DNA from: Macrostomum lignano
Taxonomy: Eukaryota
Assembly (NCBI GenBank): GCA_002269645.1
Contig: NIVC01001328.1
Coordinates: forward strand, 1 to 42,256
Reading direction: 5' to 3'
Length of the DNA stretch: 42,256 nt
The position numbers were made by a program, and so were the translations under genes. Shown in pieces: positions 29,695-42,193 of the stretch. The notes below the pieces were generated by a model. The model searched no databases, was not told the DNA's origin, and saw only the letters and a list, made by a program, of their open reading frames with translations. The first letter of the stretch is position 1. Each line of letters opens with the position of its first letter.

Positions 29695-29982
29695 AGACAT
29701 TTGGTAGAGCATGTGGTGCGGCGGCACCGGCTGATAGTACTGGACTTGCATTGCAGTTACCGGGCTGTGTTGGTGAGATTCGGCTCAGTTGTGTTGTTGT
29801 TGCTGCTGCTGCTTTGACATGCGCAGCCTCGGCGCCGCTATTTATGAATGAGGCCGGCACAGCGGCCCGGGCGGGTGGGGAGCGGCCGGGGCGAGGTCAG
29901 GGGCGGGCCGGACAGCTGATTCACGGCGCTGGGCAACTGCTATTGGCTGCTGCCGCTGCTGCCGCTGCTGCTCAAAGGGGGT
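29427..29982 (-). CDS. ZCCHC14: ZCCHC14-like gene, low-complexity Gln/Pro-rich exon (5' boundary and frame uncertain; probable indels)
   Basis: QYYQPVPPHHMLYQMSSPPPP...PLS then a |gtgagt donor at 29426; the upstream part needs frameshifts to stay open. Confidence 0.45.
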
Positions 29983-30334
29983 CTGGGTTAGAGGGAGCAG
30001 GCTAAGACAGGTAATGGGCGTCGGCGGAAGGGGCGGAGTGGGGGGCTGACGCGTGGCTGAGTACACTCAACATTTTCTGGGTAGGGGAAGGAGAGAGAGC
30101 TATCAACACTGCAGAATGTTGGACTTGTGAGCAAAGAAGAGTAACGCAGACAGGCGGAGAGCGTAGAGCTTTCGCTTTCTTCTATCTAGTTTTGGTATCT
30201 GGCAACGCTTGACTAACTAGCCATTGTTAGGCATTTGTGCCTGTTCTGTCTGACTGACTAACTGACTAATTCCCGCTGGGGCTGAATGAGGCAGTAAGGG
30301 CGGTCGGTCAAGGGCTCCCCCCAGTCTCTCTCAC

Positions 30335-30477
30335 CTGGTTTGGCCGCGGCCGAGTCCGAGCTGGCCCGGCTGTGGGCCACTGTCGGCGGCTGCGGCGGTC
30401 GGGGTGGTCGGCGGGCGGAGAAAAACTCGACAATGTCGGCCGAGCGCCTGACGGGCTCTGGCAGTTCAACAAGCAAC
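30335..30477 (-). CDS. ZCCHC14: ZCCHC14-like gene, exon (end of PX-like region)
   Basis: ccaag| acceptor, |gtgaga donor; RLLVELPEPVRRSADIVEFFS parallels ZCCHC14 RYLASLPSHVLKNDHVRRFLS as recalled. Confidence 0.7.
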
Positions 30478-32267
30478 CTTGGAGGGTGGGAAGAGAAATG
30501 ATAGGGCCGGGTGATGGCGATAAGGTAGCCGGGTGTTCCACATCTGAAAGGATTCCTAACACGCAGTCCCTGGTGCTTGTGAAACGGAAGGGAAGGCGGG
30601 CCCGGGACGTAGAGGGCTAACTAATAAATTCTAAGTGCTTATTTTCCTGCTTTTGTGTGTTTCCGACATCTGGATGACACTTATTCATGCACATAAAAAT
30701 CTCCGACGGTCAATTGTCAATTTATTAGACCTTTTATTTATAAAGGTAGCTAAGTAGATTATATTCCTAAACTGTGGTCAACATAGCATTGTAATATAGC
30801 AAGTGCAAGAGGTCAAAGTGTAGGCACGGCAGGTAGGACAGGATCCAGTTGAGATACTATTTTTAGTAACAAAACTCTTCCCCCACCCGGGCAAGGAAGA
30901 GTCATGAGCAGTGGGGAGGGGACTATCCATATAGGGAACAGGGAGTGGGTATGGGCGGCAGAAAGTACCCGGCTTGTGCAGGGGCCCTCACCCCACCCCG
31001 GCAGAACAGTGCAGTCGTGCATTATTGAAACTATTACATTCTCTTCTAATCTTAACCCAGATAAGACTGGCATGCAAGAAATAATAATTGCAGAAATTAT
31101 CTCTTCGAAGAAAGTTACGAATGCAGATTTTTTTACTAAAATGCCCAGACTTTTAAAAACTTAAAATACATGAAGAAATAAAAATTTTCTAACAACAATA
31201 GAAAATAAAATAGGTTGAATAGCTGCTAGCACAGTCGGCAAAAGCCATCCGAAATAGAAATGGGTGGGAGTGACCCAAGCAACAACATTCATACTGCAGG
31301 CACAGCGGGTGGGTCAATCACACAACACACGCACAGTTTGCTAATACCCACACTAGGGCAGCCTCCTCTGCCCTCGCGCACACACACACACCAACTCTGT
31401 ATAGATAGATGGTCTGGGTCAGGTTCTGCAGGTTTTTGAGTCTGCACAATATGCAAAATAGCGCCTATTACTACAGAGCTACCTGTTTACTTGAAGGCTC
31501 CAGAAAGGTGGGGGGGGGGGGCTTACGAGATGGGGCAGTGGCAGCCACAGGTTTAGCTGTTGGGCCCTAGTAGCAGCAGCAGCTCTCAATATCGACAGCA
31601 GCCTTGCGTATAGCGGAATAAACTGATGAGGCACACAGTTTACGTTGAGAAAGAAAGACGCCTGCCTAAAATACGCGAATTCCATTCAGGTAAGAATTCG
31701 GCACACAGCCGGGGAGGCAGGGGGGGGCAAGACCTCAATAATGAGACTTCTTCTTCTTTTTCTAGTTTAGTTGGCTCAGAAGAAGATCACAGGACTCAAC
31801 TCCGTTGGCTGCGTGCCAAGTGCCCACTCCATACTCAGCCGCCGCCTACACACTATACGAGGAATTGAAGGGGGTCACCCGTCCCCCCGTGACCCCGCGT
31901 GTTGACTTGGCCAAGCAAGAAGCGATCCGGAAGCAGAAACAAACAGAGAACATGGCAAAGTAATTAGAAAAAGACAACTGATGACTGTGGAACTGCTTAG
32001 CCTATTAACTAAACTTCTTAATCCCCCCCCCAGATACAGAATTCGAACTATTCGAGTTGTTTATATAAGCGCAGAAATCTGACTTGCTTTGAATAGAAAT
32101 TCTTGATTTTTTGAGTGAGCAAATATTATGATTTCTGAATTCTGCTAGTGGCTAACAGGCATTTATTAGGATGGCCGACAGTGATGACATGAAAAACTTC
32201 GAATGCTTTGCAAGTAAAACTAACTCATACTCGATCTTGTAAAGCTCAAAAAAATTAATTCAAGGTT

Positions 32268-33120
32268 AACTTGCAGAACCCTACTCAGCACCTAAAACAC
32301 CGGTTGCAGAACCCTACTCAGCACCCAAGATACTGGTTGCAGAACCCTACTCAGCACCTAAAACACCGGTTGCAGAACCCTACTCAGCACCTAAAACACC
32401 GGTTGCAGAACCCTACTCAGCACCTAAAACACCGGTTGCAGAACCCTACTCAGCACCTAAAACACCGGTTGCAGAACCCTACTCAGCACCCAAGATACTG
32501 GTTGCAGAACCCTACTCAGCACCTAAAACACCGGTTGCAGAACCCTACTCAGCACCTAAAAAAACTGGTTGCAGAACCCTACAGCACCAAAGACACCGGT
32601 TGCAGAACCCTACTCAGCACCTAAAACACCGGTTGCAGAACCCTACTCAGCACCTAGAACACCGGTTGCAGAACCCTACTCAGCACCTAGAACACCGGTT
32701 GCAGAACCCTACTCAGCACCAAAAACACCGGTTGCAGAACCCTACAGCACCTAAAACACCGGTTGCAGAACCCTACTCAGCACCTAAAACACCGGTTGCA
32801 GAACCCTACTCAGCACCTAAAACACCGGTTGCAGAACCCTACTCAGCACCTAAAACACCGGTTGCAGAACCCTACTCAGCACCTAAAACACCGGTTGCAG
32901 AACCCTACTCAGCACCTAAAACACCGGTTGCAGAACCCTACTCAGCACCTAGAACACCGGTTGCAGAACCCTACTCAGCACCAAAAACACCGGTTGCAGA
33001 ACCCTACTCAGCACCAAAAACATCGGTTGCAGAACCCTACTCAGCACCTAAAACACCGGTTGCAGAACCCTACTCAGCACCTAGAACACCGGTTGCAGAA
33101 CCCTACTCAGCACCTAAAAC
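32268..33120. repeat. Intronic minisatellite, 33-bp unit ggttgcagaaccctactcagcacctaaaacacc, ~26 copies
   Basis: Direct periodicity; source of the LQNPTQHLKHR and KTPVAEPYSAP ORFs; ends ~35 bp from an exon donor. Confidence 0.95.
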
Positions 33121-33156
33121 ATGGGCTTGACCTGCGATTGTCATCCCGCAACTCAC

Positions 33157-33284
33157 CGAAGCAACATCTGCACGGCACTGGTGACGGACTCAGCGCTGAG
33201 CCGGGACGCCAGCTTGCCTCTGTTGAGCAGGCCGTCCAGCAGGGGAATTCGGGCAGCCTGCTGTGTCCGCAGATGCGGCTGCAC
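33157..33284 (-). CDS. ZCCHC14: ZCCHC14-like gene, exon (128 nt)
   Basis: tcacag| acceptor, |gtgagt donor; VQPHLRTQQAARIPLLDGLL...AVQMLLR is open and phase-compatible. Confidence 0.7.
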
Positions 33285-35033
33285 CTGTGATAGTTTTAAC
33301 AGTTAGAAACAAGCACGACAGGATGATGACATCGTAACGGTATAGATTTTAGCTTATTCTTGAGCATTTTCTCAATCCAAAATGCCGTCTCAAAGTCAAT
33401 GAGAAAATCTTCCTCTTTGAGTTAACTTCCCTTGGGAACTGAACCCCAGCTGAAATCTTGGGCAATCCGACCTGTGCGTGGGCCGAGTCCTAATTGAAAA
33501 CGGCAGTTGCCAGAGCGAGTAACCTGCCAAGTACCTGCCAGTCTGTCCAGTCCTTATCAGATTTTGCTGGATTATAAACCAAAACCTCCTTCAACGACTG
33601 TTATATCCCATGACTGCGATGGATGAACAGTTTACGTCCGTGTTATAGTTTTTCAGCATTTACTTTTCTCGCAAGAGTCGCCCGATTGCAAAGTAATCGA
33701 GCCAACTACAATTGTACTTCTATACCCAAAGTCATAAATTATATTTTTCGCCAATAGAGATAATGTTTTTTTTATAAACTCAACGGCGAAAATAAGGTAA
33801 AACGTGCAGTAAAAATAAACAGAGAGTCGGATTCAAATGCACCCAGAGGCAGTGAGGAGCGAATATATCTATTTAGCACCTAAATATCATCTCGGGGGCC
33901 GCATCTTACGCTCAGAAACTCTCGCAAACTGACAGAATATTGCGGGTGAGAAGAGGGCGGCCACCTCCCTCCCTCTCCTCTGGCGACAATTGAGTTAGTT
34001 CGCATTGAGCATTGTTGCTCAATCTGTGCCAAAAGAAGGGAGAGAGAGAGACGGAGCGCTCGATCTTTCGAAGAGCCGACCCTGATGAAAGAAAAGACCC
34101 AGCGGCTGGTCCGCAGCTTCTTCATTCTTTTGATGGCGGCTTGAAATTAACTCAGCCCAACCCCCACCTGCAAAGCGCTGACAGGTGCGACAAACTGGAT
34201 TTCATACAGCGAAAAATAGATTTGACAGTTTGCCCAGGCCTGGACAGACTGGGGCAGGCGGCGTGCAGCTTCTCAGATGAAGCTATTCATTTATTCATTC
34301 ATTCACACGCCGCATGCTGAGAATACTTTAATTTTTGACCCACTGACAGGCACGCGCAATAATAGCTAGAATGCTGAGGTTCTCAGAGTTGCTATGCTCG
34401 TATTGTAAAAAAAATTGGACACTTCATCAGACAGACTAACTGTGCGTGAAATTAGTGATCTGGTTTAATTAAACCAGCAATACGGCTTGTTGTCTATGGC
34501 TTACAGCAATTACAGCACTTTTCAGACCCCTTAGAGAAGTATACTATTTAATACCCTCTAATTTCGTCTTCTATGGAAAAGAAAGTCCGAGGATGCACTT
34601 TATCAGGCCGAGGCGAAGCCGGGGTCTGAGAATAGCGTCCGAGGGCTTTCTACCATAGAACTCGAAACTAGTGAAACTAGAACACGACGGGAGCGGAGTG
34701 CGTTGGCGTTGCCAAGCTTGTGTATATGGTTTTGGAGGTAGACAATGATTGTCTTTAACAGTATTGACAGTATTGTCTTTTTCAACAGAAAAGAAAGGCC
34801 TCGTTAAACGATACATTATATAGTTTTAGTAAAGAAGGTTAATAAGAAAGACTATAGAATTAAAAGCAAATATTTAAATCAAACTCCTGCTTCTCTTTCT
34901 TCTGCTCAGTGAGGAAGAGGAAAGGGAAGGCGCGGGTGCCGCTCGGCTGTGTGTGTGGAATTCTGCCGGCATCAACTGACACGCAATAAAACACGTCAGG
35001 TAAGGCAATACAAGGTTGGCAGTGCAATTTTAC

Positions 35034-35108
35034 CTTAGCGTAGAGAGCCAGCAGGTCCGACAGGCTTCTGACAATTTCAGAACGGACACTGCCGGGCCAG
35101 AGAGTCGC
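35034..35108 (-). CDS. ZCCHC14: ZCCHC14-like gene, exon (75 nt)
   Basis: cttgcag| acceptor, |gtaaaa donor; ATLWPGSVRSEIVRSLSDLLALYAK parallels ZCCHC14 EVLWSDSSITSVTKSSSEVTEFISK as recalled. Confidence 0.7.
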
Positions 35109-35506
35109 CTGCAAGTGCAAGTGTGCGGAAGCTGAGGCTGAGTCGGGAGTTGCATGGCATAATTGAGGCGCAGGCAGAGAGGGAGAGGCTGAGGGGTGAA
35201 ACGGGGCCGCGGGAGACCTGATCACGTGAATGAGGGAAGGGGTTGCTTTTTTCCAAACGGAGCGGGAACGCTCTTTTAGTGGTCAGCCCGTCTACCTGCC
35301 TTCCTCTCTGCACCTGCCGTAGCTATTGATTCAACACAGCCAACAGCCAGCTAAAACATGTAATTGCCCCCCCCCATAAAATGATTTGTTATTCCCAATT
35401 GACTTGACAAGTAGCCCCATGCTATTTCTTACTTTCTACTGGCAGTAGCTGAGGAAGATATTTTCAGCAAATAAATTGAATGAAAATTTCTTATTGGCCC
35501 ACTTAC

Positions 35507-35595
35507 GTGGATGCAGAACGGCGCGTCGAGGCCGACAGAGCCGACGGGAGCGGAGTGCGTCGGCGTCGCCAGGCTGGCCTGACGCAGGCACAGAC
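35507..35595 (-). CDS. ZCCHC14: ZCCHC14-like gene, exon (89 nt)
   Basis: ccgcag| acceptor, |gtaagt donor; LCLRQASLATPTHSAPVGSVGLDAPFCIH, phase 1 in, phase 0 out. Confidence 0.65.
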
Positions 35596-35684
35596 CTGCG
35601 GGTTGTTGGGAGTATCAACTACTTGAGCGCTCAGCTACTTTTTCGGTAGTACGCAGAGGGGTCCAATGGAGCCACACCAAAGGG

Positions 35685-36072
35685 ACTGACACTGAAGTGA
35701 CTGACACTGAAGTGACTGACACTGAAGTGACTGACACTGAAGTGACTGACACTGAAGTGACTGACACTGAAGTGACTGACACCGAAGGGACTGACACTGA
35801 AGTGACTGACACTGAAGTGACTGACACTGAAGTGACTGACACTGAAGTGACTGACACTGAAGTGACTGACACTGAAGTGACTGACACTGAAGTGACTGAC
35901 ACTGAAGTGACTGACACCGAAGTGACTGACACCGAAGTGACTGACACTGAAGTGACTGAAACCGAAGTGACTGACACTGAAGTGACTGAAACCGAAGTGA
36001 CTGACACTGAAGTGACTGACACTAAAGTGACTGACACTGAAGTGACTGACGCTGAAGTGACTGACACTGAAG
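35685..36072. repeat. Intronic minisatellite, 15-bp unit actgacactgaagtg, ~26 copies
   Basis: Direct periodicity; source of the TDTEV, SVTSV and FSVSH ORFs. Confidence 0.96.
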
Positions 36073-36099
36073 CAAAGCATTGGCCTGGCACTCCTCACC

Positions 36100-36363
36100 C
36101 GGATAAGCAGCAGTTCCAGTCCGTTGCTTCTTTGGTCTGCTGCCCGGCGGTCTTCTAGCTTCGACATCGAGTTCGGTGGCATCCGACAGTCGTCTCTGCC
36201 GCCAGTGCTGCATCAGAGCCGTCATCATCGGCGGCAGAGGCGGAGCCGTGCCGAGCCAAGCAGATTCATCGGCAGCGGCGGTTGTGACGGCGGTGGCAGA
36301 TCGGGAGCGCAGTCGATGACCAGCCACCGTTGGCGTTGTCGATGCCGCAGCGGCCGCGCCAGA
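36100..36363 (-). CDS. ZCCHC14: ZCCHC14-like gene, exon 2 (acceptor could instead be 36380)
   Basis: Open low-complexity frame SGAAAAASTTP...KKQRTGTAAYP ending at the ccgg|gtgagg donor (phase 1). Confidence 0.5.
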
Positions 36364-36938
36364 CTGTCGAAGTGTACAGTCTGAACAGCAGACGGCTTCG
36401 GGGTTCGAATCCTGTTTGAAAATTAAACCGAAGTTTGACTTGATTTTGAGCTATAGAAATATTTTATTTGGTGACTACTGTGAGTAGTTGAAATCTACAA
36501 TATTGCCAGTTTGACTAAAACTTTACCGACAATAAATCAAATAAATCAAATAAATCAAACTTGCTGTACGACGGGAGAAAGTTGCGCGATGGGAGGAATT
36601 TAACTTGATTATAGCTGCCTGCCAATAAAGGACCCTGTGCAAGTAGTGGTCTGGTTTCTAACAAGTCTACTAACAAGTAGCAAGACAAGAATATAAGGCT
36701 AGCCAATCTTTCATAGTTTGTGTTAAGGGTTGGACACTGATAGTTAAATAAATAGAACCTATAGAACGGGTGTGTGCCCAGGGCCGGGCCTAGATCTAAG
36801 CGACTAAGACTATCAGAAAAAGAGCGAGGACCCAGAAACCGTTTCTCCTCTATTGCTAGAAGTCCGATAATAATAAAAATAATTGATTACACCTGCCCCA
36901 ATGGACAGACGTACAACCGACAGCTCAGCCGCAGCTAT

Positions 36939-37114
36939 GGGGGGGGGTCGCCACACACACCCTCAATTACCCCAGCTAATGCTGGCACCCATTTTACAGC
37001 TGGGTGAACTGAAGCAATGCAGAGTTAAGGTGACTTGCTCAAGGACACAAATTTTTCCTGAGGGATCAGGAATCGAACCCCCGACCTATCAGTCGTGCGT
37101 CTGACGCTGTAACC
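36939..37114 (-). mobile_element. Second CORE-type tRNA-derived SINE, in intron 1 of the ZCCHC14-like gene
   Basis: Reverse complement has B-box ggttcgattcc and a CORE/body almost identical to 968-1078. Confidence 0.8.
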
Positions 37115-37152
37115 CCCAGAAACCGGAGCAGCTGTTAAATAGAGGGACGAAC

Positions 37153-37716
37153 CCTAGCAAGAGCCAGCCGGCTGGCCAGGGCCCGCTGCACCGGCAGCAT
37201 TCGCAGTCGGCTGGCGAACGGCAGCGCCGGCTGTCGCAGGGCCAGCGCGCCAACCAGGCAAGCGTGACGCAGGAGGCCACCGTCATTACCACCGGATGCA
37301 TCGCCTGCGGCGTTAGTGGCGCGCTGAAGATCCAGCCGGGCGAGCCAGTCGGCCAGCAGGCGGCCGCAGTCTGCGTTGTCGGGCCGCACCAGAGCCAGGG
37401 CCAGCGTCAGGCGGCACAGCGCGGCATCGACGACGGCGCCGCCGCCGCTGCCACCCGCCTCGGGCTCGGTCAATCGGAGTAGCTCGGCTGGCGAGTTGAC
37501 GCGAGCTTCGGCTTCGCGCAATTCAATGGTGCCGGCGCCGGCATCGGCGGCAGCTGCGGACCAGGTGGCTAAAAACCGGAGCTCGAGAGGTGCACAATTG
37601 AGCAGCAGCGAGCTGAGCAGTTCGATGCGCTCGTGCGGCTCCAGGCGGCTGCTGAACCAATTCAGAACAGAGTCGGGGGTCGGGTCGCTGGTGTCGTTGT
37701 TGTGACTGTTAGACAT
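37153..37716 (-). CDS. ZCCHC14: ZCCHC14/ZCCHC2-like gene, first coding exon (conserved N-terminal helical domain)
   Basis: DSVLNWFSSRLEPHERIELLSSLLLNCAPLELRFLATW...LREAEARVNSPAEL...RLTLALAL...QPALPF matches ZCCHC14 [35 protein letters not shown]...LRDSEIKANNPADL...KLLVSLAL...HPAFSF as recalled; candidate donor agg|gttcgt. Confidence 0.82.
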
Positions 37717-40238
37717 TTCAGCTAAAACTGGACTCGCAAAGACTGAGCGACTGAGTTCGACGTTGGCTAGTTTAGGACTCAGAATTCAAATTGGCTCCCC
37801 TGGCTGCAGCGGACGACAATGGTGGTGGGGGTCGGGGCGTCGCCGCGCGCTCTACCCCAAACAGAGGCCTCCTGTAGTGGCGACTCGTTAAGGGGCCAGA
37901 AAGTATAAATTTTAGCGATAATGCTACAAAATCTGCTGACTAAGTTTATATCAGAAGCAGCAAAAAGACTGTGCTAACATTATTTCTAAATTTAATAACA
38001 GACAACAATGATTTCCACATCTGAAGATCAATTCAAACTGAATAAAAGTAAAACAATATTTACAGGACCTCCAGCAGAAAATTTCTAAGATATCTATTGA
38101 AATTTTATATCAATTAAAAAAGTGTAAAATGTTTGAAAAAGATATAAACAAAAGCTGAAAATGAGTAGTTAGAACTCTACATGTTTTTTTAAGAAAAGCT
38201 TGAAAAATAATTCTAGACAATAGTTATAATTTAATATACAACTGCAACATTTGAATTAATTTTAAAATCAGCTTATTTAGGTATTATCAATTAAATACTT
38301 TTCAATTTAAGTAGTCCTAAAATAGTATGCTTTAAGTAATAGTTTTGAAACCTTAGTGATAACACTTACAAAGTAAGGAAGTAAATCAAAGCAATTTTTT
38401 CTGGTCCAAGCATAGATATTCTGTGATATGCTTTAAAATTACAAAGAAATTTATAAACTGTACACTCTTCATATCCAAAACATAAGTAAACCTGAGGATA
38501 GATGTTAAATAACATAATAAGATGTGTGTAAACATGTATGCATACAATGCCATACACATATGTGTACATGATTCTAATAATTGTGTATGTTTTTCTAAAA
38601 AGTATGGACTACAATAAATATTTTAAATACGAAAAAACATTCCTACTACATAAAAACTCATCATCTACAATCATCAAGCAATAAAATTTATAACTAAGTT
38701 TACCGAAATTTATTTCCCAAACTGAGCAAAAAGTGAGGGATATATTAATGAAATAATCTTGGTGAAGTTTTAGAAAAATTTTAATTATATCTTTATAAGA
38801 TAAGCCACCAAATTATTATGTTTTACCTATTTCAAAGCATCTACAAATAATATTTGACTCAGAGTACAAGCGATACCTTTCTTCGAACGACTGCTTTTAA
38901 AGTATTGATATTTTTTACCGCGCATATCGGTTAAACCTCTTAAAAATAATTTAAAGTCAGAAAATATTTAAAAACAGCAACTCTTTTGCTTATTATTTAT
39001 TGGAAACTTTTGATTACAAGTTGCGTTGAAAACTTTGTTTTTACTGCGTAACTTTTTGTTTTATGAACTTTGTGGAGCCGGCAATTATATGGGCCTTTTC
39101 ATATTGCTTGTTGTGGTTCTAGAACCAGATCCAATTTGTAAAGTATAAGGTTATACTGCTTTTTTTCTCGGAAGTTCCGAACCGATTCTGGTTCTGGAAT
39201 CGGTAGTGTGAAAAGCCTATATATATCGAAGATGAATGGGAACAAGCTGTTAGTTTTGCATTTTTATTTAGGAGACTTTTTTCTCGCTTTTATTCTCTTG
39301 CTGTATCACTCACTTCCTAGTGTTTTGAATTAACTCCGCTTAAAAATCTCTAGCGTTCAGAATTACTAAGAATCGATATAGTAGCATTTAGCGGCTTCCT
39401 TACATACATGTATACATCTCGCTTCTATATGTACATGTACTGTAAATAAGTATAATATTCTCGATTCATTACTCTGATTTAAAAGAATTTTCCGTCTACA
39501 AATATGAATTTATTAGAAAAAAAATCGTGCACATGTAGTAACTACAAATAATTTATGCAACAACAAACGGCGCTATGCATGTACTAAGAACATTGAACAG
39601 AAAGTACGTAGACACATTTTTGCAGGAAATAAAATAGTGCTCGCCCTAAGACTGACTGTGATTACTGGGCAAAGTGTAAATGAAAAGAATCTATTAATTA
39701 AAGTACAGCTGTAATTTAGAAATGAGATAGACTTCAATTTAGTGTTTTTTTCTAAAGTAAATTAGCTGCATGGCATTAAATAACAGTCCAATTAAGTTCG
39801 CGAGTCCGAGACACAGACATTGCATCATAATTTACGGCTTGGTAACTATTAGCGGATCGATAGCTCCGCGAAGCAAATAAAAAGACCATGTTTGCAGTAT
39901 CATGATGTCGCCCCTTATTTGCTCAACTTCAGCACAATATCTATACCATGCAATTTCCAGGTACTGGAACACTGTCAATAGATTGCGAAAAACTTCGAAG
40001 TCCGACTGACACGTCTTTGCAGTCTGGATCGATTGCAAACATCACCGAGAACGGTGACAGGCGTTCTCAGTCAGTCTCACTATGAGAAAAAATCCTCTTC
40101 CGGCCCAATCTTCTTGGAGCCCAATTATTCTTATCCAGAAAAGTATAAATGGTATAGTAAAATTGGTTGCTAGGGGAAGAATCGCGGGGAAAAACGCAGA
40201 AATTTACACACCACACACGGATCCCTTGTGTCAGGAGG

Positions 40239-42084
40239 ATGAAAGTTGCGCCTCAAATTCTTCAAACGGTAAGCCAAGTATTCTCTGGTATAAAGCCATT
40301 GGCAAACATATGGAAGCAGAAAATTTGCAGTATACACTTACAAACAATTCAGACATTCGATTCCACACTAATTGATATGCACGACCTGAAGCGCATCCTG
40401 CACGAGGACGACGCGGAATCGCTGATCGTCCAGCTCGAGCTGGCCAAGCCCCTCTCTCTGCAGCAGATTCTGCAGCTTGGTATCGAGCAGCTGGGTGATG
40501 ACGCCGGCACTGCTGACTGCATCAAGTGCGGCAGGTCCGACTTCACGTCGTTCCTCATCGCTCACTCAACCCTGCTGGAAGTGGCCGCGTGCACACTCGC
40601 TCTCAACTGTGTCACTCTCCTCATCGACGAGTTGGAGGCCGCAGCGGAGTTTGTCGCTGACGCCGACGCCGACGCCGACGCCGACGCTCTTCATCGGGCA
40701 GTCGGAGAGTCAGTCGTGCCGCTGCACTGTCTCATTGTGAAGCTGTTCACTCTGAGAGGAGGCGGCGGCGGCGGCGGCGATGCGGCATTCGAGGACCGGG
40801 CGGTGAGATTCGTGCGCCAAGTGTCGGCTGCGCGGCCTCGCTTCTTCCGCGTGTGCGCAGAGAAGGAGGCGTTCGGCCACAGTGCTCTCGAGCTGGCAGT
40901 CAGTCTGCAGCTGTTCTCACTGGCTGAGTGCATTCTCGAGTCGGGCAAGTACTGCGGCGAGGTCAGTCTCGTAGCGGGCGTCAAGGTGCAGCGAGTGAAT
41001 CTGAGCGAGTACGACTTCGACACCGGGGAGCGATACAACAAGAGCCCGCTGAACATGCTGGCAGTCACAGCAATGAGTGATCTTTCAATGCCATTAAAAA
41101 AGTTTCTCGACAATGACATTATCAAAAGATGGTCCTGCGCAACAACCGGGCGGCTAAAGAGATATATGTGTTTGAGGGCACTGATATGCACTTTATACAA
41201 GCTAGTCCTACTATTTTTTGGTTCGGCGTGCGTTTACTCGTCAATCTCTGTAAAAATCCTGGCTAACTACATGCCTGACCGCCCAGTTAACTCAAGCAGT
41301 TGCCCGCTGTTCTCGATGCACCACAATATGTCGGAATTTTGCAGCATATTTGCAGTGCGCTGCATTGTCAACGTTCTGGCATGTGGATACATCATTGAGT
41401 GCATCGTGTCGCTGGCCGTTCACCTGATCTACGTCAGGGTAGCTCAGGGCAACAGCTCTTACTTGGCGGCGTTGGCACGCGATTTTCGATGCACCAGCCA
41501 AATTCCACTGAGAGTCTGCGCATTGAGTCTCATGGTCTGTATCGGTTTGGTTCCCGACAGGATCCAGATAGTTTCATTGTTTGACAGGGGCGCGGGACTC
41601 CGAATTCTGGATTACGCAACTGGCACGCTCTACATTATAACAATAATGACAATAGTTTACGATTGGCTGCTGGTTATAAAAACTTTGGCTCTGCTTTGGA
41701 ATATTGTTGGCATATTTTTCTTCTTTATGGCCATCATCTTCTTGGTCATCGGCCTGTTCTGCTGGCTCATCACGCTCATCGTGCCGTGCGAAATTGCCTT
41801 CGACCGCGAGATGTTCGCCAATCCGTCTTTACGGCCTGTTGAACTTCTACTTGATGTCAGCCACGGCGGCCTCCCGAGAATCCGCGCAGTCTCTGGGCGT
41901 CTTCTACTTGGTGACGCACGCCCTCATCGCACTGTTCTGCTTCAATTTTCTAGTCGCCTTAATGTCGGAGCGATTGTCAACCGCGCGCGCGAGATCTGCC
42001 TTACATCTGCGCCTCCTACAAGCTGTACATTTACCACGTCTACATGCTGTGCATTGCCTTCGTGAGCCGGCTGGTGCAGTGTAA
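40239..42084 (+). CDS. Divergent TRPV-like six-TM cation channel; one apparent frameshift at ~41828; possible 84-nt intron at 40269-40352; may continue via a donor at 42081
   Basis: Ankyrin-like FGHSALELAVSLQLFSLAECILES; TRPV linker-like GVKVQRVNLSEYD..SPLNMLA and LKKFLDNDIIKRW; five hydrophobic segments in frame 40167; S6/TRP helix FCFNFLVALMSERLSTARARSALHLRLLQAVHL (cf. TRPV [32 protein letters not shown]) in frame 41704. Confidence 0.7.
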
Positions 42085-42193
42085 GAGAAAAATAACTACT
42101 GCGAAAGACAACAGTCCGCTTCAGTTCTGCAGAATTTTGGAGCCACAACTCAGATTTGACTTAAAGGGAGCACGACAATCCACTGCCAGCTAT

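Noticed and set aside
32271-33290. LQNPTQHLKHR and KTPVAEPYSAP repeat proteins
   Set aside because: 33-bp intronic array with 2-nt deletions that switch frames; TTG starts; antisense to the host gene
35615-36182. TDTEV, SVTSV and FSVSH repeat ORFs
   Set aside because: 15-bp array lying between splice sites of the ZCCHC14-like gene
36740-36940. Hammerhead ribozyme in the sequence 3' of the second SINE (by analogy with schistosome Sm-alpha)
   Set aside because: ctgatag lacks the CUGAnGA core and no consistent three-stem arrangement with GAAA was found
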